Source: a bacterium
GTDB taxonomy: Bacteria > JAJRZV01
Assembly (NCBI GenBank): GCA_024275095.1
Contig: JAJRZV010000025.1
Location: forward strand, 599 to 64,598
Direction of reading: 5' to 3'
Length of the DNA: 64,000 nt
In this document: piece after piece, positions 51,665-61,205 of the stretch
Numbering within the stretch: position 1 is the stretch's first letter
Layout: each line of letters opens with the position of its first letter
Translations under genes and position numbers: made by a program
The notes under the pieces: generated by a model
Told to the model about the DNA's origin: nothing
The model's input: the letters and a program-made list of their open reading frames with translations, nothing else
The model's database searches: none

Positions 51665-52647
51665 TGGGCAAACCTTCCATACGGTGTGAACTGTGCCCCA
51701 AACGGTGTGAGCTGGCCGAAGGAATGAAAGGGGATTGTCGTGTAAGGTACGTTGAAAACGGGAAACTTTATACGCTGGTGTACGCAAAAGCATGTGCTGT
51801 CCACGTGGATCCCATGGAGAAAAAACCCATGTTTCACTTCCTTCCAGGAACCCCTATTTTTTCCATTGCCACGGCAGGTTGCAATTTGCATTGCAAGTTC
51901 TGCCAGAACTGGGAAATATCTCAAACAGACCCGGAGGACCTCAACAATGTTCATCTGCCTCCTGAACGTGTGGTGTCACTGGCACGCTCTTACAGGTGCA
52001 AGAGCATTGCATACACGTATTCAGAACCCATTGTGTTTTACGAATACACCTATGACACGGCACGCCTGGCCACAGAGCAGGGTCTGAAAAACGTCCTGGT
52101 GACCGCTGGCTTCATCAATGAAAAACCACTGAGAGAGCTGTGCGGTGTATCGCAGGGAGCCAATGTGGACCTCAAGGCTTTTACCGAAGAATATTATGTT
52201 CAGATCTGTGACGGGCGCTTGAAAACGATTTTGCAGACACTGGAAATTATGAAGGAGGAAGGAGTGTGGGTGGAAATTACCAACCTCGTTGTGCCCACAC
52301 TCAATGACAACATGAATGAAATTCGATCCATGTGCCGCTGGATACGTGACCATCTGGGGCCGGAGGTGCCTCTTCACTTCAGTCGCTTTTTCCCCAGGTA
52401 TAAGCTGCGACATCTTTACCCCACACCGCTTAAAACGCTCACGAGGGCTGCTGAAATTGCAAAAGAAGAGGGCCTTCACTACGTTTATGTCGGTAATGTG
52501 CCGGGTAACGACTGGGAAGACACGTTCTGCCCCTCGTGCAGTAAGAAAATCGTTGACCGTTACGGGTATCGGATTCTGGATTACCGTATCACTCCAGAGG
52601 GAAAATGTGAGTACTGCGGTACAAGGATTGCGGGGGTGTGGTCATGA
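51661..52647 (+). CDS. amrS: AmmeMemoRadiSam system radical SAM enzyme (PflA-like)
   Basis: CELCPKRC...GDCRVR, VDPMEKKP..HFLPG, GCNLHCKFCQNWEISQ, YTYSEP, YVYVGNV, CPSC. Confidence 0.92.
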   Translation: MMGKPSIRCELCPKRCELAEGMKGDCRVRYVENGKLYTLVYAKACAVHVDPMEKKPMFHFLPGTPIFSIATAGCNLHCKFCQNWEISQTDPEDLNNVHLPPERVVSLARSYRCKSIAYTYSEPIVFYEYTYDTARLATEQGLKNVLVTAGFINEKPLRELCGVSQGANVDLKAFTEEYYVQICDGRLKTILQTLEIMKEEGVWVEITNLVVPTLNDNMNEIRSMCRWIRDHLGPEVPLHFSRFFPRYKLRHLYPTPLKTLTRAAEIAKEEGLHYVYVGNVPGNDWEDTFCPSCSKKIVDRYGYRILDYRITPEGKCEYCGTRIAGVWS

Positions 52648-52805
52648 AACCGGGGAGGTCCAGGAATCTGAAACCCGGCCGGAGGAGAGTGCTTAAGGGT
52701 TTGCTCGCCTTTCCGGTGGTGTCTTGTTTTGCAATAAAAAAGCGTCGCCATCGAAAGGTGACGTTCAGGGAAGCACAGTTTTATCGCAGGGTCAACAGGG
52801 CTTAG
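52644..52805 (+). CDS. 53-aa Tat-like/membrane peptide ending in VTFREAQFY motif (not in ORF track)
   Basis: Hand translation MKPGRSRNLKPGRRRVLKGLLAFPVVSCFAIKKRRHRKVTFREAQFYRRVNRA*. ATGA overlap with the amrS stop. Confidence 0.65.
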   Translation: MKPGRSRNLKPGRRRVLKGLLAFPVVSCFAIKKRRHRKVTFREAQFYRRVNRA

Positions 52806-53629
52806 CTTTCTTTACCTTCTTTCCCGCGGGGAAGAGGAATGTACTCCACCGATGGGATACGTCGTACGGGCTGGGGATAGAGAGCCATGAGTGAATAGAT
52901 CTCTTCCGGCATTTCGTGGGATACGTTCAATCCAAGAGCCTTTGCCTCTTCAAAAGAAATGGGATGGTCGTGCGTCCACACTCCCTGTGATAGCAGGTCG
53001 GCCACTTTGTCCCTCACGTCTTCAGGATATGTACCTTCCATAAGTTCGCGGACACTTTCTCGAACCTGCTCGATTGCTTTTTCGGCCACATCTGCCAGTA
53101 TAAGAGTGCGGTCTTCCAGTGAATCAACATTCTTTTCTTTTCGAGCTTTGACAATGGATGCTGCCGGCATCCCGTTAAGCTGAGGATCTACAGGACCCAG
53201 GACAGCGTGAGGCCCCATAACGATTTCATCTGCGGCAAGTGCGATCAGTGTGCCACCTGACATGGCGTAGAAAGGCACAAATACCGTAACTTTGCCCCTG
53301 TGTTTCTTGATGGCCCTTGCAATCTGAAGTGACGCCAGCACCAGCCCACCAGGTGTATGAAGAATCAGGTCAACAGGAACGTCCTCCTCTGTCATGTGAA
53401 TAACCCGTATGACTTCTTCAGAATCGTGAATATCAATGTAACGGAAAACGGGGAAACCCAGAAGTGACATTGTCTCCTGTCGGTGAATGAGAAGAATTAC
53501 GCGGGAGTTTCGCATTTTTTCTATTTTTGCAATCAGGCGCTTGCGCATGTTTTCTAACATCATCTGTTTCAGGTAAGGTTGCATCGCTGCGACAATGAAA
53601 AACAGCCAGAACAGGTCTCCTATGCCCAT
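52802..53629 (-). CDS. SDH/DUF114 family ClpP-fold serine protease
   Basis: LIHRQET, LILHTPGG, YAMSGGTLIALAADEI, LGPVDPQ, WTHDHPI. RBS GGAGG before MGIGDLFW. Confidence 0.92.
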   Translation of the reverse strand: MGIGDLFWLFFIVAAMQPYLKQMMLENMRKRLIAKIEKMRNSRVILLIHRQETMSLLGFPVFRYIDIHDSEEVIRVIHMTEEDVPVDLILHTPGGLVLASLQIARAIKKHRGKVTVFVPFYAMSGGTLIALAADEIVMGPHAVLGPVDPQLNGMPAASIVKARKEKNVDSLEDRTLILADVAEKAIEQVRESVRELMEGTYPEDVRDKVADLLSQGVWTHDHPISFEEAKALGLNVSHEMPEEIYSLMALYPQPVRRIPSVEYIPLPRGKEGKES

Positions 53630-53713
53630 TTGAACCTCCTGCAATTTTGTATAAATTAATTTTATACAATTGGGGTCTTGTGGGCCATCTGGAGAACGAA
53701 ATACAATATTTTT

Positions 53714-54514
53714 ATGAACAGGAGGAGGGGGGATCGAGTTTTCGGTGTATTTTTGTGCCTTTCTCTTCTCATTCACCTGCTTGTGCTTTACCTCCCTGTG
53801 AGTCAGCGCTTTCTTGAAGAAATGGCCAGGAGAAAAGAGCGCACACGCGAACCAGTACAGATTACACTCGTACCTCTTCCTGAAACACGCGAAAAACCCA
53901 ATGAGAAAGCGCGGCTGGGTCCCGCTACTCACAAAGCTGAAAAAGAACGGCGCAGAAAGGCTGTTCCGCGGGAAAGTTCTGGTGGTCGCAGAGCGCTTGC
54001 CCAAAGCACCTCAAAAGCGGAAAAGGAGCTCGAAAAGAAGCAGCGTACGGAGAATAAGACAGGGGAGTTGGAAGAGAAGCAGAAAAAAAAGCAACTGGCG
54101 CTTCTTCCCACGCGAGACCCTGGCAAATGGAAGGACGAGAGAACAGAAAGGCACATTCTGGATGAGGCTCTCAAAGAAGAAGAAACTGTAGACCTCAACA
54201 CCACCGAGTTCAAATATATCTCCTACTTTTCAAAACTCAAAAACATGATAGAGATGGTGTGGGTGTATCCGTATTCTGCGATCATGCGCGGTGAGGAGGG
54301 GACAGTCACCCTACGCTTTACCATTGAACGCACAGGACGTTTGTCTGGTGTTGAGGTGGTGAGATCTTCGGGAGTTCCCGAACTGGATACGGCGGCTGTT
54401 AATGCTGTAAAAGAAGCCTCGCCCTTTCCACCGCTTCCCCATTCCTGGAAAATTAAACGACTTAACGTGGTGGGGGAGTTCCATTATATTCTCGGATATC
54501 GTTTTGTACGCTAA
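53714..54514 (+). CDS. TonB family energy transducer
   Basis: TM SLLIH, charged linker, WVYP..A...GEEGTV.L.FTI...SSG..ELD.AA. Confidence 0.88.
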   Translation: MNRRRGDRVFGVFLCLSLLIHLLVLYLPVSQRFLEEMARRKERTREPVQITLVPLPETREKPNEKARLGPATHKAEKERRRKAVPRESSGGRRALAQSTSKAEKELEKKQRTENKTGELEEKQKKKQLALLPTRDPGKWKDERTERHILDEALKEEETVDLNTTEFKYISYFSKLKNMIEMVWVYPYSAIMRGEEGTVTLRFTIERTGRLSGVEVVRSSGVPELDTAAVNAVKEASPFPPLPHSWKIKRLNVVGEFHYILGYRFVR

Positions 54515-54589
54515 GGATTGAGATACACTCAAAGGCAGTATATGATGTAACATTCTATTGAATGTAATTTCTCTATTGGAGGAAAAGGC

Positions 54590-55159
54590 ATGGGCGTTAT
54601 CAGTGCCAATGATATGAGAAAAGGTGTGCGGGTGTAAATTGACGGAGACGTGTATGAAGTGGTGGATTTTCAGCACATAAAGAAGGCAAGGCGTTCCGCT
54701 ACCGTTCGGGTAAAACTGAAGAATCTTATTGACGGCAGAGTTATAGAGAAGTCCTTTCTTTCCACAGATACTGTTGAAACGCCTGATCTCGAAGAGAAAC
54801 GTGCTCAGTACCTTTATCAGGATGGAGACAATTACGTGTTCATGGATCTCGAGACGTATGAACAATACACCGTAGACGGGAATGTACTCGGGGATGCGAT
54901 CAACTACTTACAGGAGAACATGGAGGTGGGGATTCTCTTTCACAGGGGGGCTCCGGCTGCAATCTCCTTACCCAATACGGTGGAACTGGAGGTGGTGGAT
55001 ACACCTCCGGGTGTGAGAGGGGATACGGAAAGTGGTGGTTCGAAGCCGGCAACGCTTTCGACCGGGGCGGTGGTGCAGGTGCCGCTGTTCATCAATATCG
55101 GTGATATTATCAAGGTTGACACGCGCACGGGGAAATACGTGGAGCGTGTGAGCAAATAA
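54590..55159 (+). CDS. efp: Elongation factor P, interrupted by in-frame TAA at 54635-54637
   Basis: RBS GGAGG, MGVISANDMRKGVRV*IDGDVYEVVDFQH..., QYLY, FMDLETYEQ, PGVRGDT, KPATLSTG, VPLFI. Confidence 0.92.
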
Positions 55160-55166
55160 CAGGGCC

Positions 55167-56150
55167 ATGACGCGTAAAAAAGTAAAACGCATAGGGATTC
55201 TTACTTCCGGAGGGGACGCACCTGGAATGAATCCGTGCATTCGTGCGGTTGTGCGCACGGCTCTCAAAGAAGGCCTGTCTGTTGTGGGTATAAAACACGG
55301 TTACGAGGGGCTTGTCAGCGGCGAAATGGAAGAAATGCACTGGCGTTCGGTTTCCAATATTATCAAGGACGGAGGTACTGTTCTCGGTACGGGGCGCTCA
55401 CGCGATTTTCTCACCGAAAGGGGACAGCGGAGGGCCTGGGAGAACCTGAAAAAGGCAAATGTGGATGCGCTTGTCGTGATGGGTGGTGATGGTACTTTCA
55501 GGGGTGCGTATGAGTTCGGCGAACGGTTCGGTGTAAAGATTGTGGGCATTCCCGCCACCATCGACAACGATGTGGCGGGCACGGACTATACCATTGGCTT
55601 TGATACAGCTGTTAACACCGCCCTTGAGGCGATTGACCGCATACGGGACACGGCAACTTCGTTTGAAAGGATTTTTTACGTGGAGGTCATGGGCCGTCTT
55701 TCCGGATATATTGCGCTGTACTCGGCACTTGCAGGCGGAGCAGAGGAGGTACTTATCCCGGAGACACGCACGGATATAAAGAAACTCACTGAACTTATAC
55801 TGAACTCCCTCAAGGCTGGCAAGCGAAGCATTCTCATTATTGTTGCTGAGGGAGATGACATTGGTGGAGCCTTTGAGATTGCGCGGAAAGTGCGATTGAA
55901 GGTGGACGCAGACTATAGGGTGTGCGTGCTGGGACATATTCAACGTGGTGGATCCCCTACCGCGGCGGACAGGATCCTTGCTACCAAACTCGGGTATTAC
56001 GCTGTGCAGGCCGTTAAAGAGGGACGTTTCGGTGTTGCCGTGGGAGAGGTAAAGGGGAAGATCGTTTACACCCCCTTTGCCAAACTGCTCAAACAAACCA
56101 AAGCACTGGATCCTTTCCTCCAGCACCTTGTGGAGACTCTCGGCGCATGA
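55167..56150 (+). CDS. pfkA: ATP-dependent 6-phosphofructokinase
   Basis: TSGGDAPGMN, GGDGT, PATIDND, EVMGR, LGHIQRGG. Confidence 0.96.
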   Translation: MTRKKVKRIGILTSGGDAPGMNPCIRAVVRTALKEGLSVVGIKHGYEGLVSGEMEEMHWRSVSNIIKDGGTVLGTGRSRDFLTERGQRRAWENLKKANVDALVVMGGDGTFRGAYEFGERFGVKIVGIPATIDNDVAGTDYTIGFDTAVNTALEAIDRIRDTATSFERIFYVEVMGRLSGYIALYSALAGGAEEVLIPETRTDIKKLTELILNSLKAGKRSILIIVAEGDDIGGAFEIARKVRLKVDADYRVCVLGHIQRGGSPTAADRILATKLGYYAVQAVKEGRFGVAVGEVKGKIVYTPFAKLLKQTKALDPFLQHLVETLGA

Positions 56151-57511
56151 ACTACAGAAAATTTGCATCATTTGATGACCTTCTCCAGGAAATGGACGGC
56201 ACTGTAGCAGTGCAGGGGAACGAGGTGGTGATTCAGGACCTCGACGCTTTTGTCGAAAAGCACCTGGATACGGTGGTGTTTAATGCTTACTTTTCTACTC
56301 CTGATGTGCGGATGGAGTGTGTAGAGCTCATAAAGAAGGCATCTCAAGAAGGTGGGGTGCGTTCTGAGTCACTCCTGCCTGTATATGTGAAAAGAGGAAA
56401 AGGAGAACTCGGCGGTTTCACTGTGCCTGCGCTCAATGTACGCCTCATGCCTTATGATTTCATGCGCTGTGTATTGCGGATGGCTCGGGAAACTGATACG
56501 GGGCTTTTTGTTTTCGAAATTGCGCGGTCTGAAATTTCCTACACGGACCAGCCTCCGTCACTTTATGCTGCTGCTGCCATGGCAGCAGCATTACGTGAGG
56601 GTTACAGGTATCCAATCTTTCTTCAGGGAGATCACTTTCAGGTCAATCCCTCAAAATTTGCAGAGGATCCGGGAGCTGAAAAAGAAGCAATATGCAACCT
56701 CATTCGGGAAGCAGTAAACGGAGGCATGAAAAACATTGACATAGATTGCTCCACTGTGGTTCACGAAAACGCCAGCAGCCCGGAAGAAGAACAGGCGCTC
56801 AATGCAGAGCTTACCGCCTACTTCACACAATTTATCCGTTCCCTCGATAAAGGAGACGGGGTCAATGTCGGTGGTGAAATCGGAGAAATTGGGAAACGCA
56901 ATTCTACACCAGAAGATTTTCACGCGTTTATGAAAAGATTTGCTGAACACCTTGGAGCTTCTGAGCCTTACCGTGGTATCTCGAAAATCAGCGTTCAAAC
57001 CGGTACCCGTCACGGAGGTTTTATTCTTCCTGATGGAAGCGTTGCCAGGGTTAGCGTGGATTTCAATACATTACGCGATATATCGCGAATTGCACGCGAA
57101 GAGTACGGGATGGCCGGTGCTGTTCAACACGGAGCGAGCACATTACCCGTGGATTTGTTTGATAAATTCCCCGAGGTAGAGACAGCAGAAATTCACCTGG
57201 CCACACAGTTCATGAATATGATTTTTGACAGCCAGCACTTTCCGGAGGAACTTCGTGAAGACCTGCGCAAGGTCACTTTTGAAATTCGTGGTCACGTGCG
57301 TGAGCGTTACGAAACAGATGAACAGTTCCTCATGTCCAACAGAAAGTTTGCCATCAAGTATCTGGCTGAAGATGTGTGGCGTCTTTCAGACGATGTAAAA
57401 AATGCCATTCTTGAAGAGCTGTGTGCTTACCTGCACCAGGTGTTCACCCGGCTTCGGGTGATTAATACCCGCAAGATTGTGGAGGCTACTTACAATCAGC
57501 GTGAGGAGTGA
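56147..57511 (+). CDS. Class II fructose-bisphosphate aldolase family (long variant)
   Basis: FTVPALN, QGDHFQ, GGEIGEIG, QTGTRHGG, VQHGASTLP. Coupled to pfkA. Confidence 0.85.
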   Translation: MNYRKFASFDDLLQEMDGTVAVQGNEVVIQDLDAFVEKHLDTVVFNAYFSTPDVRMECVELIKKASQEGGVRSESLLPVYVKRGKGELGGFTVPALNVRLMPYDFMRCVLRMARETDTGLFVFEIARSEISYTDQPPSLYAAAAMAAALREGYRYPIFLQGDHFQVNPSKFAEDPGAEKEAICNLIREAVNGGMKNIDIDCSTVVHENASSPEEEQALNAELTAYFTQFIRSLDKGDGVNVGGEIGEIGKRNSTPEDFHAFMKRFAEHLGASEPYRGISKISVQTGTRHGGFILPDGSVARVSVDFNTLRDISRIAREEYGMAGAVQHGASTLPVDLFDKFPEVETAEIHLATQFMNMIFDSQHFPEELREDLRKVTFEIRGHVRERYETDEQFLMSNRKFAIKYLAEDVWRLSDDVKNAILEELCAYLHQVFTRLRVINTRKIVEATYNQREE

Positions 57512-58635
57512 AATCGCATTTCTGGCCTGCCGTTTTTCATATAAAGAACCACACGACCTTTCTTACCTTTTCCAAAATAGGTAAAAGCAGCTTTTTCGAT
57601 GTGCTTTGTAATGATGCTTTCCAAGCCCCTGGCACCGGTTTGACGTTTAAGGCTTTCTTCGACGATGAAGTCGAGCACGTCTTCTTTTACTTCGAGTTCA
57701 AGCCGTTCAGCTTGGAATTCGTTTTTGAAGCGGTCCACTACATTATCCACAAGAATGCTTTTCAGCGTCTCCTTATCCAGGGCCTTCATGGGTACAATCC
57801 GGGTGAATCGGCCGATGAGCTCTGGTAGAAAGCCATACGTACTGAATGTTTCGATGTCCTCGACAAGGTCTTCGTCGTAGTCGACAGCGATGCTCTCCTT
57901 TTCCACCTTCCGGATTTCACCGGTAAACCCCAAGGAATTGCCTGCTCGACGCGTGTACAGACTTTTGAACCCGGAGAAGGCTCCACAGCCGATAAAGACA
58001 ATGTCTTCCGTGCTGATGTTGACGCGCTGGCTGTAAACCGTATTGTTGTAGTCCAGAGGCACCGGCACCACACTGCCCTCAAGAATTTTCAAAAGTTCTT
58101 TTTGAACGCCCAGTCCACTGACGTCTTTGGTTGTTCCCGCACCATCAAAGCGTGCTGTGTTCTGGGTAGAAGCGAGTTTGTCGAATTCGTCGAGGCATAC
58201 CACCCCGAAAGAAGCCAGCACAGGATTCATACCCGATGCGTAGAGCAGGCGCGTGAGGATTGTTTTCACATCATCACCAACGTAGCCTGTTTCAGAGAAT
58301 GTGGTCATGTCCACGATCACCGTGGGAAGGTGCAGAATGTCACGAAAGAGCAGCTCCACCAGAAATGTTTTCCCGCAGCCGGTGGGTCCCATGATAAGGT
58401 AGTTGCTGCGCGGGGGGAGCTCTTCGCGCGGAATACTGTGAACATAAATGTTTTTCAGCCTGCGGATGTGCCTGTATGCCATGAGACACACGGTGCGGCG
58501 TGCCTCTTCCTGGCCCCGGTAACCCTTTTCTTCCAGCATGTGAAACATTTCTTCAGGGGTAAGAAGCGGAAGCGCAGCAATGAACTTGACGGCATTTTCC
58601 TGATACTTGGATGATTCTGTTCTCACAAGAGCCAT
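57496..58635 (-). CDS. ClpX-like AAA+ ATPase lacking the zinc-binding domain
   Basis: MGPTGCGKT, ETGYVGDDV, LDEFDKLA, DVSGLGVQKELLKILEG, SLGF loop, PELIGRF, TGARGL. Confidence 0.88.
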   Translation of the reverse strand: MALVRTESSKYQENAVKFIAALPLLTPEEMFHMLEEKGYRGQEEARRTVCLMAYRHIRRLKNIYVHSIPREELPPRSNYLIMGPTGCGKTFLVELLFRDILHLPTVIVDMTTFSETGYVGDDVKTILTRLLYASGMNPVLASFGVVCLDEFDKLASTQNTARFDGAGTTKDVSGLGVQKELLKILEGSVVPVPLDYNNTVYSQRVNISTEDIVFIGCGAFSGFKSLYTRRAGNSLGFTGEIRKVEKESIAVDYDEDLVEDIETFSTYGFLPELIGRFTRIVPMKALDKETLKSILVDNVVDRFKNEFQAERLELEVKEDVLDFIVEESLKRQTGARGLESIITKHIEKAAFTYFGKGKKGRVVLYMKNGRPEMRFHSSR

Positions 58636-58681
58636 ATGTAATATGATAATACAAATTTCAACCTGTCAAAAGGAGCAGTAG

Positions 58682-59479
58682 ATGTTCAAACTTAAATTTC
58701 TGGGTACAGGCGGCGCCCGCTTCGTTGTGATGAGACAGCTCCGCCACAGCGGAGGTCTTTACCTGATCACGGATAAGTTGAGAATACACATAGACCCCGG
58801 CCCTGGTGCACTGGTGAGGATGCTGTCTTCACGCCCCAAGCTCGATCCCACAAAAACGGACGCTGTCATCCTTACACACAAACATCTTGACCACTCCAAT
58901 GACGTGAACATTATTCTTGAAGCCCTTACGCAGGGAGGATTTTACAAACGTGGTACCCTCATGGCTCCCAGGGATGCCTTGGAGGGTGACCCGCCTGTTC
59001 TTCAATTTGTACGCCAGTACATTGCTGAAGTTCTTACGCTTGAGAAGGGGTTGTGCTGGGAAAGAGAAGGGATTGAAGTGATGTGCCCTCTTGAACTGCG
59101 ACACGGAGTGGAGAACTACGCAGTCCGGGTAAAGTATAACGGTCTGGAGATGACGCTTGTTTCTGACACCGTGTTTTTTGAAGACCTGGTGGACATCTCC
59201 AGGACTGATTGCCTTGTTGTCAACGTGCTGCTCACCGAGCCCCGTCAGGGCATTATGCACCTGTGCGTGGATGACCTGCGTCGTCTCTTAACGGGCGCCC
59301 GTCAACGCGTGGCCATCATGACGCACTTCGGCATGCGCATGATCCAGGCAAAACCCTGGGTCATTGCAGAAAAACTTTCGGATGAAACAGGCGTGCGCGT
59401 GGTGGCTGCACGGGATGGGATGGAGTTTGACATTGTCGCTGAACTGAGTGGGTCAGGTCGCGAGAAAGTGGAAGCGTGA
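58682..59479 (+). CDS. Metallo-beta-lactamase fold hydrolase
   Basis: FLGTGGARF, IDPGPG, THKHLDHSND, THFG. Confidence 0.9.
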   Translation: MFKLKFLGTGGARFVVMRQLRHSGGLYLITDKLRIHIDPGPGALVRMLSSRPKLDPTKTDAVILTHKHLDHSNDVNIILEALTQGGFYKRGTLMAPRDALEGDPPVLQFVRQYIAEVLTLEKGLCWEREGIEVMCPLELRHGVENYAVRVKYNGLEMTLVSDTVFFEDLVDISRTDCLVVNVLLTEPRQGIMHLCVDDLRRLLTGARQRVAIMTHFGMRMIQAKPWVIAEKLSDETGVRVVAARDGMEFDIVAELSGSGREKVEA

Positions 59480-59565
59480 AAATTTTGTGTTCAGATGAGA
59501 AGACTTTCCCTTTTGCTTCAGAGTAATATATTCGGCATTAACCTTTCAGACAGGGGGAAATGTTG

Positions 59566-61194
59566 ATGGTGGAGAAGAAATGGTGTGATGAATTTTCGCA
59601 GTGGGCTGCATCTTTTTCCTTGGAAGATGTGCCCCAACCAGTTCGTACAAAAGCGAAGATCCAGGTGGCAAATACCATAGCTGCTGCCTTTGGTGGGTGG
59701 TCTGCTGATGGTAGAGTTATGTTGGCTCCCATGAAAGAACGTGGCGGAAAAGGAGAGGCTACAGCGCTGGGACTGGGTGAAGTGGACCTTTTTACCGCGT
59801 ATTACATCAATGCTTCGCTGAGCATGTGGCATGACTATGACGATTACGTGTTCATGGGTCACACAGGTCACAGCGCCGTGTTTGCGGCCCTTGCTGCCGC
59901 TGAGGTTGCAGGAGCTTCAGGTACCGATTTTCTCCGGGGCGTGATTGCAGCTACGGAGCTGGGTGGACGGCTGGGTGCGTCCGTGCTCGTGGGACCGCAT
60001 AACGGGCAGATGTGGGCTCATATCCACGCGGCGGAGGCGGCTGCAGCAGCGTGTACCGTGTGGGGTGTGCCCTCTCAACAAACTGCAGAGGCCTTGAAGC
60101 TGGCGCTTTACGCGCCACCTTTTGTCTTGGAACCGGGTTTTATGGGTGGGGACGGCAAAAAGACAACAGCAGCAGCCTCGGGCGAAGCGGGATTGCGCGC
60201 TGCACTTTTTGCTACAGGCGGAGCGTCGGTTAAAACGGATGTCTTCAGCGGGCCCAAGGGCTTTTTTCAGAGGTTTTCATTTCTTCCCCTTACAGCGTTT
60301 CTTTCTGCGTTTGGCGAGACATGGGTGCTGGAGACGCTGTCTGTGAAACCCTATCCAGGGTGCGCATACATTCAGGCGCCTGTAGAGTGCCTTGAGGCTG
60401 TTGTAGAAGAGGTAAGCGGTAGTGGTAAAGAATTCAGTGCTTCTGAGATCAAGCGTATCCGTGTAAATGCGTCTTTGCTTACAGTGGGAATGGAAAAGAT
60501 GTCCGAGCCGTATCGCAATCCGGGTGCGCTGGCACCTGTGAACGTGAACTTCTCTGTTCCTCTGAGTTTGGGTCTTTATATTCTCTGGGATGGGTTGAAG
60601 ACGCGGCAGCTCACTCATGCAAATCTTGTTGCAGATGCAGAAAAACTTTTTGAAATCGCTGACAGAGTCACCCTGGACCACGACTGGAGGTTTACTTTTG
60701 AACTTGCCAGAGGATTGCGCGGCGGCATTAATCTTTTTCCCCTTCTTCGTTCGAAAGGATTGTTTCGCCTCGCACGTGCATTTCGTCGCTTCAGAAAGGA
60801 ACAGTCGCGCATCTCCACACCACGAGAACTCTGGCGTTTGTTGTCCAGCGGTCACCTCTCACGCCTGCGTGAATTTGGTGGTTCTTTTTCCAGAAAAAAG
60901 CACTTCCAATTCTCTCAAACACATCTCAAAGCCCTCGCTTTTAACTTTGGTGCGCGCGTGGAGGTGGAACTGAAGTCCGGCTCCAGGTGGGGAGCGGAAC
61001 GCGTCAGGCACAAGGGTGCGGCAGGTTGTTCTATTGATGAACTTATGGATGTTCTCGAAACAAAGTTTTTACGTGAAGCAGAGCACTTTACAGGCTCTGC
61101 GGGAAAAGCCGGGGAGTTGTACACGCTTTTAATGGATATCGAACAGACGGATATAAAAGCAATAAAGCCTTATCTGCTGCCGCCGGTTTCGTGA
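59566..61194 (+). CDS. MmgE/PrpD family protein
   Basis: NASLSMWHDYDD...HTGH, KPYPGCAY. Confidence 0.85.
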   Translation: MVEKKWCDEFSQWAASFSLEDVPQPVRTKAKIQVANTIAAAFGGWSADGRVMLAPMKERGGKGEATALGLGEVDLFTAYYINASLSMWHDYDDYVFMGHTGHSAVFAALAAAEVAGASGTDFLRGVIAATELGGRLGASVLVGPHNGQMWAHIHAAEAAAAACTVWGVPSQQTAEALKLALYAPPFVLEPGFMGGDGKKTTAAASGEAGLRAALFATGGASVKTDVFSGPKGFFQRFSFLPLTAFLSAFGETWVLETLSVKPYPGCAYIQAPVECLEAVVEEVSGSGKEFSASEIKRIRVNASLLTVGMEKMSEPYRNPGALAPVNVNFSVPLSLGLYILWDGLKTRQLTHANLVADAEKLFEIADRVTLDHDWRFTFELARGLRGGINLFPLLRSKGLFRLARAFRRFRKEQSRISTPRELWRLLSSGHLSRLREFGGSFSRKKHFQFSQTHLKALAFNFGARVEVELKSGSRWGAERVRHKGAAGCSIDELMDVLETKFLREAEHFTGSAGKAGELYTLLMDIEQTDIKAIKPYLLPPVS

Positions 61195-61205
61195 ACGAGT
61201 ATGGT

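Noticed and set aside
53630-54004. N-terminal extension of the SDH protease ORF
   Set aside because: Antisense to tonB. The real start MGIGDLFW has a GGAGG RBS.
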